DNA of 64,000 nt. Source: a virus. Below the pieces are notes generated by a model. It was not told the origin of the DNA and did no database searches. It saw only the letters and a list, made by a program, of their open reading frames with translations. Each line of letters starts with the position of its first letter. Position 1 is the stretch's first letter. The stretch is taken from the IMG/VR virus record IMGVR_UViG_3300042691_032331, positions 31,133 to 95,132 of that record, one strand, 5' to 3'. The position numbers and the translations under genes were made by a program. Shown here piece by piece: positions 56,261-64,000 of the stretch.

Positions 56261-56826
56261 TTTTGACCTATTATTAACCAGCAATTATATTTAGTTTCTG
56301 GATCAGTTAATACGATTTCGTCAATCAATAAAGTTTTATTCATTGGGAACGCATCATAAAATTCTTCAAAATTTTTATATTGATTAGTAGCATTTGGATC
56401 ATTATCTCTTGCTTGTAGCATTACAGTTGTGCCATAAGGAATTCTTGCAAACCAATCATTGCCCTTTATGTTTGTGCAACTAAAACAAACAACCAAACCG
56501 TTCTTACCTAATTGTCTATAATCTAATTTATTTGCATCCTTATACATAGACTCAATATTATCTATTTTAAGTTTTTTTATTATTTCGTCACCTGCGTTTA
56601 GTTTTTCTTTATCTGTCTCAACATTTATAATTTTATTAAAATTGAAGTATTTTCTCAGTAAATGAAACATAATACTGATGTTGCCATACCAGCTACCTAA
56701 AATATAGATTGTATCAAAATCTGTTTTAACTTTTTTAAGGTTGTACAAACTCCAAAGTCTTGCTAAGTTTAGACTTTTACCATAACTTCCTTTACTTGTA
56801 TTTGGATTTACTTCTTTAATTTTCAT
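56257..56826 (-). CDS. Class I SAM-dependent methyltransferase-like protein
   Basis: IYILGSWYG, INVETD and KDAN motifs. Confidence 0.6.
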   Translation of the reverse strand: MKIKEVNPNTSKGSYGKSLNLARLWSLYNLKKVKTDFDTIYILGSWYGNISIMFHLLRKYFNFNKIINVETDKEKLNAGDEIIKKLKIDNIESMYKDANKLDYRQLGKNGLVVCFSCTNIKGNDWFARIPYGTTVMLQARDNDPNATNQYKNFEEFYDAFPMNKTLLIDEIVLTDPETKYNCWLIIGQK

Positions 56827-58253
56827 AATTCTACTTGTAAATCGTCGCTGTTTTTATTTTTAACTTCACGTGAATATCCTTGTCCAAGCACTTGAATATT
56901 ACCGTCTATCCATTCTGCTAAATTTGCAGCTACACTACCCCTAATATTATCACTTATATATTGACTTAATAAACTAGGTATACTACGGAATGTTTCGAGT
57001 ATAATATCATCTTCATCATTTACTTGTTGTTCCCAATTTTCTACTTCTTGTTGTTTTATTGAAGCACTATTAAATGACCGTATTAGTTTCATATTTTCTT
57101 TATACCAATAACGTACTTCATCACGATAATTAATATATTGTATTTGATCCGGTAATTCATCCCATTTTATAACACCATCGTCATCTAATAATCCATTATC
57201 AGCAGCATACTTAAAAACCTCGTCATTATAAAAATCATCATTACTTTCTAATGTGTTAAGAGCATCATTAACGGCGTTTTCAGCAAATTCTTGAATTTTA
57301 GTTACTATCTCTGTAATTCTTCCATCATCTTCATCTGCCATAATTATCCAATTATTAATAAACTCATACCTTTCGGCAAACAAATCAAACAAGTTGAATC
57401 TTTCTTTTAATATCCAATCCGGTCTTACTGGTTCATCTTGTTCATTCATAAATGATTCTGAACCAAAATGTAATTGATACTTTTCTCCTGTGTATTCAGA
57501 GTTTGTCGGTAATAATATATACAATGGACCACGTTTATTATATGTGTTAAAATAATTAGTACCTCTAGTTGCGGCAGTACACCATTGTGTTCCTTGTCCA
57601 TAATAACAAGCAGCTTCTTGATCTTCAGGAATTACTATTCTTACTTGATCATCTTTATAAAATTCTTTAACTTTACCTTTTTGTATTTCTTGTTTTTGTT
57701 TCCCTAATAATGCATCTAAATCATATTGTGTACTCATAACAGTTTCAAAATCTCTGTAGGTTTTGAAACGGTTTATATCAGCATGTTCAGGTTTAATCAT
57801 TCTACGAATCTTACCTTGATAGTGACTGTTTAACATGTCCCAACGATTCAAATCTTCAAATTTTATTTTACCGGTTGCAAATTGTTTTACTAGCCAGTTA
57901 CTATATTCTTTCTTTGGGGTAGGGTCTTTACTAGCAATCATATCAACAATTCTTTTTAATATCTGAGGCTTGTGTGTTTCAATATATTGAGTCCCTGTAA
58001 TTGTTTGCGGTAATCTTGCACCGGTTATAGGATCTACTGATAGTGTATAGGAACTACCAGAAAATCCATTATTGCCAGAAAACCCTATCAGATACATTCT
58101 CTTTATTTGATACAAGTCCGAAAAGTCATTAAAATCTTCGTTAGTTGGACCAGCAGCACTATTAAAAAATACATCCAACAACTTATCACCGTACTGTTTT
58201 GCAAGGCCGTTTGGATTATATCCTGCTTCAGTTAAAAATTGAAATGCTCTCAT
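56823..58253 (-). CDS. Putative virion-internal protein (YYGxGTxWCTA domain)
   Basis: Starts MRAFQFLTE; DPTPKKEY, AACYYGQGTQWCTA and EKYQLHF motifs. Confidence 0.6.
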   Translation of the reverse strand: MRAFQFLTEAGYNPNGLAKQYGDKLLDVFFNSAAGPTNEDFNDFSDLYQIKRMYLIGFSGNNGFSGSSYTLSVDPITGARLPQTITGTQYIETHKPQILKRIVDMIASKDPTPKKEYSNWLVKQFATGKIKFEDLNRWDMLNSHYQGKIRRMIKPEHADINRFKTYRDFETVMSTQYDLDALLGKQKQEIQKGKVKEFYKDDQVRIVIPEDQEAACYYGQGTQWCTAATRGTNYFNTYNKRGPLYILLPTNSEYTGEKYQLHFGSESFMNEQDEPVRPDWILKERFNLFDLFAERYEFINNWIIMADEDDGRITEIVTKIQEFAENAVNDALNTLESNDDFYNDEVFKYAADNGLLDDDGVIKWDELPDQIQYINYRDEVRYWYKENMKLIRSFNSASIKQQEVENWEQQVNDEDDIILETFRSIPSLLSQYISDNIRGSVAANLAEWIDGNIQVLGQGYSREVKNKNSDDLQVEL

Positions 58254-58807
58254 TTTTCTCTCTGTATCATTGCTTTGGGATCAAGTTCAGCTCCCATCTG
58301 CATATCTCTAGTATCTGGCACACCTACACCACCTGAACCGCCACCGGCTCGAACTCCTGCTGCTTTTGTATCAATTGGTGCTTTAGCCACATCAGATGAC
58401 GAAGCAAAAACTACAGGTACTTTTGCTGTTTTCCATAACGGATTATCTCTATCCAGTCTTTTTTGTAATAAGCCTAAGGCTGAAATTCTATGAGCCCCGT
58501 CATTTAGTTTTCCATCTATAGCTACAATAGGTGGTAAATTTTTTAATGATTCGGGATTGTTCTTTAAAAATTTTGCATATTCCACCGCTTTAGGAGTTAC
58601 ATCCCAACTAAAATCTTTTTTATCGTAATCCCTAATCACATCTTTGTGATATGGTATTCCTTGTATGCTTTTATGAATTTGTTTTAAAGTTAAATTTTGT
58701 TGATTAACATTAGTATCGGGATTTAATTGTGCAGCTTTACCAGAACTTGGTCCTGGCTGTGGCACAGATATATCGTCTGCTTCTCTTATAAACTCGTATG
58801 CTCTCAT
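58250..58807 (-). CDS. Putative virion-internal ParB/Srx-like protein
   Basis: Starts MRAYEFIRE; LPPIV...DGAHRISA. Confidence 0.6.
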   Translation of the reverse strand: MRAYEFIREADDISVPQPGPSSGKAAQLNPDTNVNQQNLTLKQIHKSIQGIPYHKDVIRDYDKKDFSWDVTPKAVEYAKFLKNNPESLKNLPPIVAIDGKLNDGAHRISALGLLQKRLDRDNPLWKTAKVPVVFASSSDVAKAPIDTKAAGVRAGGGSGGVGVPDTRDMQMGAELDPKAMIQREK

Positions 58808-59430
58808 TATACTTCCACTTCATCATCTGTTGCGTTGACTGCTGCTAAAGGCTCTATAGGTTTCATAGGTTTAATTATTTTTGATTGCGCTGGAGTCATG
58901 CTTGCATCAGTAGGTTCATTTTTACTAACAATAGTTTGTCCTACATTTTTAAATGCATCTTTAAAACTAGGTTGTGTTGGCACAGGCGCAACTGTTTTAG
59001 GTTTCTGCACAACTTTATCTATGTTGGGATCATATCCTGAAACATAATTTTGTGTTTGTTTAAAAGGAGGTACACCTTTATATTTGTCAACATTAGCCGG
59101 ACCTGCATTGTAAGCTGCTAATGCTAATACAGGATCTTTGTACTTCTGATATAATTGACTTAGATATTTTGTTCCACCTTCAATATTTTGATATGGATCA
59201 AATCTATCTGTTACTCCTAATCCCTTTGCTGTTGCTGGCATTAACTGCATGATACCACCTGCACCTTTTTTACTAACAGCCTTTGCTCTTTGATTTGGGT
59301 CTTGAATATGTCCTGTTTCTTTGTGCATGGCGTGTTGTACAAGACTAAATGGCACTCCATACTTCTCGCTCATTTGCTTTGCGTAAGCATTAAGTTCATT
59401 GTTTTCAAAAATAAATTCTTTTGCTCTCAT
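58807..59430 (-). CDS. Soluble lytic transglycosylase (SLT), putative virion-internal
   Basis: Starts MRAKEFIFE; KETG, GAGGIMQLMPATA, NIEGG and ALAAYNAGP motifs. Confidence 0.88.
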   Translation of the reverse strand: MRAKEFIFENNELNAYAKQMSEKYGVPFSLVQHAMHKETGHIQDPNQRAKAVSKKGAGGIMQLMPATAKGLGVTDRFDPYQNIEGGTKYLSQLYQKYKDPVLALAAYNAGPANVDKYKGVPPFKQTQNYVSGYDPNIDKVVQKPKTVAPVPTQPSFKDAFKNVGQTIVSKNEPTDASMTPAQSKIIKPMKPIEPLAAVNATDDEVEV

Positions 59431-59792
59431 AATAAATTATAATCTTCTTCAATTTTGGTCAAACAATATACTGCACCGCTCATCGTAGCACTAACTCTAT
59501 AGATAAAGTTATCATCAAAATAGGGTTGACCTTCTTCTATACTACCTTGTTTAACTAACACTACACCTTCATGATCTAATGCAAATAAAATTGCATCTAA
59601 CGTATTTTCATCTCTAGTTCTTATACACGCAAAGGCATTCTTTTGATCTGGTAATTTTCTAGTTTTAAATTTAAACTTTTTAAGTTCAGTAGTGATTATT
59701 TGCATGAATTCTTTAAAGTTTCCTTTTGGAGGTTCATAGTCATCACCATGTGATTTATCTACAAACTCTTTTAAAAAATCTGTTGCTCTCAT
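59427..59792 (-). CDS. Putative virion-internal protein
   Basis: Starts MRATDFLKE. Confidence 0.6.
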   Translation of the reverse strand: MRATDFLKEFVDKSHGDDYEPPKGNFKEFMQIITTELKKFKFKTRKLPDQKNAFACIRTRDENTLDAILFALDHEGVVLVKQGSIEEGQPYFDDNFIYRVSATMSGAVYCLTKIEEDYNLL

Positions 59793-59793
59793 C

Positions 59794-61476
59794 TTAGAAT
59801 CCTGCGTCTACTATTCTGTAATGTTTTGGGCCAACTAATTCAAATTCATACTTATCATCATCGTCGGCTATGAAAGGACGCATTGCATGTCTAGCTCTCA
59901 TGCCAGTACCTTTGCCGTATCTTATAGTTAAAGAACCGTTAGGAGTGAATCCATTTATATCAAAATTTGCTTTAACCACTTGTCCTATAGCACCAATAAC
60001 TTTACTGTCAACACGATAACCTTGTTTCAATAATCTATCAGCAGTAGAAACAATTTTACTTATTTCTCCGTCATCATCACCTCGTTTGCGGTCGTCTAAG
60101 AATTCAGACAGTTGTTGTCCACTAATTACTTGTGCAATTTTTAATGCATTCTTAGATGACTTTAGTTCACCGCTAGGGCCTTTCTTACCGTGTCCTATAC
60201 CTTGATTATCATAGTCTAATAGTATTACATTAACACTAGCATATTCACCACGTTGCGGATGTACAAAACTATACAATATTGCACCACGATGAGATTTGTC
60301 TTTAGGTACAAACTTAACACTTACTTGATTAGGCTTTGACCTGTTTATTCTTGTATAACCGCGGCCTAAATATTGTTCAATAATATCGGCAAATTCAGAC
60401 AAGTACATAGCATCACTATCATCACCGTCGTCTCCTGAAGTATCTAAGAATTCATTTATATCTTTTTTAGCAAAGCGTGAATTGTAGAAATTACCTTCTA
60501 TGTACCAATCACAATCATCTTCGTTGACTCGTACATCGTGTACTAAAACATAATATCCTTGATCATCTAACCATTCTTGTGCAGTTTGTATCATTGCTTC
60601 TGGTGAAACATCTCCGGCTACATCCATATCTTCATACCAGCCCTCACCAACAATGTCTATCATTTCATCATCTGAATACCAACGACCTGTTCCATTACCC
60701 GGTCCAGGCACAAATTCGTTTAAGTTATCTGGCTTTCTAAATGTATGTTTTGGTTGATCTGCTAACTCTTGTGGATCATAATACCAAACTGTGTTATCAT
60801 TTAAATCTTTAATAAACCAAATAACTAATTTTGTTTCAGGATCAGCATTCCATATGTATTCTAATTCTTCTTTAGCATCGTCTATGCTAGAAAAAGTACC
60901 AACCAAATGGTGTTTAATTCCATCGCTGATATACAATTTAAATTGTGCGAAGCCCTCTGGTGCAAATTCATCGATATAAACCCTAGTTTTTGCAGGATCG
61001 TAATTTTTTAGTCGTAACACAATCGTTTCTTCTCTTACACCATTTACTGATGCATTATCAATTTCTTGACCAATCTCACGATCTTTGTACCAATCAGGAT
61101 AGATTTCATAATTGGTTAATGCTTGTGTCATTCTTAAATATAAGTTGCGTTTTTTGCGACTCTCAGTTTCAAATACAATGATGGGTGGTCTAAATTTTTT
61201 GAGATAATCTTTACACGCAGTTGCTACAGTTGAAAATATTTTGATAGCATCACCTTTACCGGTGTCATGAAATTCATCGTCAATATAAAAATGAACTACG
61301 ACAAACAACAAGTGTGTACCACCTTGATCACTATCAAGCATACTATCAAATACTATTCTACCTTTTCTATCATCTATTGTAGTGAAATTATATTCTCTAT
61401 CAGCAGCACCAATTGCCCTTAATTCTAATTGATAAGGTTGTGTCCAAAGTTCTGTTAAAAATTCTTGTGCCCTCAT
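59794..61476 (-). CDS. Putative virion-internal polyprotein
   Basis: Starts MRAQEFLTE; five internal (L/I)xEF sites. Confidence 0.6.
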   Translation of the reverse strand: MRAQEFLTELWTQPYQLELRAIGAADREYNFTTIDDRKGRIVFDSMLDSDQGGTHLLFVVVHFYIDDEFHDTGKGDAIKIFSTVATACKDYLKKFRPPIIVFETESRKKRNLYLRMTQALTNYEIYPDWYKDREIGQEIDNASVNGVREETIVLRLKNYDPAKTRVYIDEFAPEGFAQFKLYISDGIKHHLVGTFSSIDDAKEELEYIWNADPETKLVIWFIKDLNDNTVWYYDPQELADQPKHTFRKPDNLNEFVPGPGNGTGRWYSDDEMIDIVGEGWYEDMDVAGDVSPEAMIQTAQEWLDDQGYYVLVHDVRVNEDDCDWYIEGNFYNSRFAKKDINEFLDTSGDDGDDSDAMYLSEFADIIEQYLGRGYTRINRSKPNQVSVKFVPKDKSHRGAILYSFVHPQRGEYASVNVILLDYDNQGIGHGKKGPSGELKSSKNALKIAQVISGQQLSEFLDDRKRGDDDGEISKIVSTADRLLKQGYRVDSKVIGAIGQVVKANFDINGFTPNGSLTIRYGKGTGMRARHAMRPFIADDDDKYEFELVGPKHYRIVDAGF

Positions 61477-62273
61477 TGTACTTTTCTCGCAAATAATCCA
61501 GTTTTATAATCATTATAATTTTCGTTTGGATTATAAAGTTTACTAAGTCTATTTTTAATATAAGCTTCTAGTCTGCTTTCACCTGCTACGATATCAAATG
61601 CCCAATATTCATAACTTTTATTTTTACCTATAAATTGACCACCTAAAGCCATTATATCGTCATAGAATTTACTTACCATTTGTTTATTATAATGTGTTTT
61701 ATAATTTGTCAATGATCTGTGTATCACTACATAACCTTTTACTTCTACACCAGGGATAGTATTTAAATTTAACCAATTACGCTGTCCGCCCGGTGTTTGC
61801 TGTGATCCTGAAATAATTGTTACTCCAGAATTTAATATTGTAGAATACATTGCTTTTGCTAATCCAATTCCTCTGTATTTTTCATGCACTGTTACAGTTG
61901 TAACCATATATGAACTTTTAACAGGAAAATTTGCAATTATTAAATTTATTTTAGCAACTTGCAATCCCTTCTTCTTTTGTATTAGATAATTGTCATATTT
62001 CCTCATACCAATTGAGTACAGGTATGGAAAATCTTTCTTAATACTTTTAGGAGGTTTTGGCTCAGGTTCTATAGATGCATTCGTGTCAAACACTCTTAAT
62101 GTAATGCTTTGCTTTGATTGAACTAAATTATATTGATACCCTACATATCCCGGCAATGGATAAAATTTTCCTTTAATATCCTTAAGGGGACTTAGATGCA
62201 ATTCTGTCTCGCCACCTGTATAACCAGATTGGGGAATATTTTGAATTTCGGATATAAACTCAGTTGCTCTCAT
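61473..62273 (-). CDS. Putative virion-internal GNAT acetyltransferase
   Basis: Starts MRATEFISE; VTVHEKYRGIGLAKAMY acetyl-CoA motif A; QTPGG. Confidence 0.7.
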   Translation of the reverse strand: MRATEFISEIQNIPQSGYTGGETELHLSPLKDIKGKFYPLPGYVGYQYNLVQSKQSITLRVFDTNASIEPEPKPPKSIKKDFPYLYSIGMRKYDNYLIQKKKGLQVAKINLIIANFPVKSSYMVTTVTVHEKYRGIGLAKAMYSTILNSGVTIISGSQQTPGGQRNWLNLNTIPGVEVKGYVVIHRSLTNYKTHYNKQMVSKFYDDIMALGGQFIGKNKSYEYWAFDIVAGESRLEAYIKNRLSKLYNPNENYNDYKTGLFARKVQ

Positions 62274-63214
62274 TGGAATATTTCAGGATGCTTTTTGCCG
62301 TAAATTTTAATATACTTACCAGCTAACATATCTGCCATTGCTTCTATTGGACTACCTGGATAACTATCACCATGTTTAATCATATTCAATTGTTGTTGCT
62401 TTGAATGTACTAGCTCATGGAATATAGTTCTAAAAATGTCTATTAGATTTCTATTACCAACATATATCCAAATCTTTTCTTCTTTGCCATCATGTGTATG
62501 TACACCAGTGTGATGACCCTTTTGTGCTTTATCTGTATCAGTGCTTATTTCAATTTTAGGATATGGTTTTTCTAAGTTAACTATTTTTATTGACCAATCA
62601 ATAAAGTCACGAATCTTTTGCATATCTTCATCTGATTCTACACCCTCGTTTACATTTTCATAAAGACTATTGATTTCATTTTGTTTAATATAATATTTCT
62701 TGCCTGTTTTTTCATGTATAACAATTAAATCATATGGAGAAGGTACTTCCCACTCAATATTATATCCTTTTTTGTGAAGCTCCCATAGTATATCATTTTG
62801 TCCTTCTTCATCCTGTACATATAATTCATATATGGCTTCTTGTATGTCCAGTGGTAAATTATTAAATGACAATCTCAATGGTGTGATATTACCTGTAGGT
62901 TCAGTTACAGTTCTTTGATTTTTAGGTGGTAGATTTACTACTTTTGTTTGACGCTTACGATTTAGACTTTTGCGAACTGGGAATTTAACTACGTCACCTT
63001 CACCGATCTTTTCTTTGTATTTTTTAATCCAATGATCAGGTGTTTCCCCATACTTGCTTACAAACAAATCATGTAGTTTTTTACCTGTAATTTTGTAGCG
63101 GCGACTGATCCTGCGCATAAGCTTGTCAATTGTGTCATAGTCTGTTTTTTTCAGACTAGGCAGCTTTTTCTTTAAATCGTCTGCTGCGCTCTCGTAAAAA
63201 TCATTCGCTCTCAT
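62270..63214 (-). CDS. Putative virion-internal protein with a C-terminal zincin (HExxH) domain
   Basis: Starts MRANDFYE; RTIFHELVHSKQ...E. Confidence 0.65.
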   Translation of the reverse strand: MRANDFYESAADDLKKKLPSLKKTDYDTIDKLMRRISRRYKITGKKLHDLFVSKYGETPDHWIKKYKEKIGEGDVVKFPVRKSLNRKRQTKVVNLPPKNQRTVTEPTGNITPLRLSFNNLPLDIQEAIYELYVQDEEGQNDILWELHKKGYNIEWEVPSPYDLIVIHEKTGKKYYIKQNEINSLYENVNEGVESDEDMQKIRDFIDWSIKIVNLEKPYPKIEISTDTDKAQKGHHTGVHTHDGKEEKIWIYVGNRNLIDIFRTIFHELVHSKQQQLNMIKHGDSYPGSPIEAMADMLAGKYIKIYGKKHPEIFQ

Positions 63215-63234
63215 TAGAAAATCCCATAATATAG

Positions 63235-63242
63235 TATTTATG
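63235..63242 (-). promoter_or_regulatory. Late-promoter-like CATAAATA heading the MRAxEF gene array
   Basis: 7/8 match to T4 TATAAATA, about 20 nt before the first ATG. Confidence 0.5.
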
Positions 63243-63260
63243 CGATTTTATGGATGTTGG

Positions 63261-63965
63261 TTAAGTTCGTAGTTTTGCTAATCTACAAAATCTTAGAATG
63301 TTTAGATAAGTCCAGCCTATGTCGAATTCAAACCATCGACTGGAAAGTTTAGGACTTGCTGGATTTAAGTGATGATTATTGTGTAGTTCTTCCCCGCCTA
63401 TAATTAAACCAATTGGAATAATGTTTCTGCTTTGATCTTTAGTAGTACCGTTCCTATAGCCCCACCAATGTCCTATGCCATTGATGACACCTGCTGCCCA
63501 AAAGGGTATCCATAACATCTGCACTCCCCATATGACTAGTCCAATCCAACCAAAAATGATTAAGTTTAACACAAGCAATATTCCTATACCAAGTCTTGAG
63601 TGAGGAGTATATAACTTTCTTTCTATATAATCATTTGGAGTCCCAACACCATATGTATTGACCATATCATTGTCCTTACTAGCGTTGTTGTATAGTAACG
63701 CTCCCTGTAACAATACACGCCATAAGCCATATTGTACAGGACTATGTGGATCTCCTGCTTCTTCACAAAATCTATGATGTTTACGATGCACTGCTACCCA
63801 TTGTTTAGTGACCATGCCTGTAGTAAGCCATAACCAAAAACGCATGAAATGACTGACTATAAAATTAAATTCAATAGATTTATGTGCTTGACTGCGATGT
63901 AGATATAAAGTAACACATACAATGGTTATATGTGTACAGATAAGGGTGTATAAAATTTCAAACAT
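63261..63965 (-). CDS. Membrane fatty-acid (delta-9-type) desaturase
   Basis: His boxes HRSQAH, HRKHH and HNNHH; TM helices. Confidence 0.9.
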   Translation of the reverse strand: MFEILYTLICTHITIVCVTLYLHRSQAHKSIEFNFIVSHFMRFWLWLTTGMVTKQWVAVHRKHHRFCEEAGDPHSPVQYGLWRVLLQGALLYNNASKDNDMVNTYGVGTPNDYIERKLYTPHSRLGIGILLVLNLIIFGWIGLVIWGVQMLWIPFWAAGVINGIGHWWGYRNGTTKDQSRNIIPIGLIIGGEELHNNHHLNPASPKLSSRWFEFDIGWTYLNILRFCRLAKLRT

Positions 63966-64000
63966 AATTTAGCTCACTTTAACTCTTTGGGCACGACTCC

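Noticed and set aside
1-64000. Stop-codon reassignment, introns or inteins
   Set aside because: Long genes (dnaK, ligase, PolB) are intact and normal length in the standard code, and TAA, TAG and TGA all end genes.
63966-64000. GC-richer tail (minus strand GGAGTCGTGCCC...AAAGTGAGC) that may be the 3' end of a structured RNA upstream of the desaturase
   Set aside because: Cut by the window edge; too little sequence to support a call.

Overview
This window looks like 64 kb of a large, AT-rich, T4-like (jumbo/'huge') phage genome. It is gene-dense, mostly on the minus strand, with many ATGA/TAATG gene overlaps, near-consensus sigma70 early promoters and (A)TAAATA late-promoter-like boxes. DnaK, the Rieske oxygenase and the desaturase look betaproteobacterial, which suggests the host (inference). 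Left to right: (1) the 3' end of a Gly-rich FN3 tail/adhesin-like gene; (2) small early genes including two micro-paralog families, dCMP deaminase and a metallophosphoesterase; (3) a protein-quality-control block (clpP, clpS, hsp20, dnaK, rpsU/bS21, clpX), with ROSE-like RNA thermometers before hsp20 and dnaK; (4) DNA ligase, RNase H/5'-3' exonuclease, an SF2 helicase-HNH fusion and UV endonuclease; (5) a ~14 kb 7-deazaguanine DNA-modification locus (folE, queD, queE, a second T-fold DpdL-like gene, a dpdA-like transglycosylase, no queC in the window). It is interleaved with two glycosyltransferases, an epimerase, a cytidylyltransferase, a PLP aminotransferase, a 2OG-Fe(II) oxygenase and a Rieske oxygenase, and carries a preQ1-I-like pseudoknot RNA upstream of queD; (6) sliding clamp, family B DNA polymerase and a DsbA-like protein; (7) a coupled array of nine genes, eight of which start with MRAx(E/D/Q)F-x(1-2)-E, a motif resembling the T4 capsid-targeting sequence. 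Their cargos are diverse (kinase, methyltransferase, ParB-like, lytic transglycosylase, GNAT, zincin, and an apparent polyprotein); (8) a fatty-acid desaturase. I saw no tRNA, rRNA or CRISPR array. All calls come from reading motifs by eye; no searches were run.
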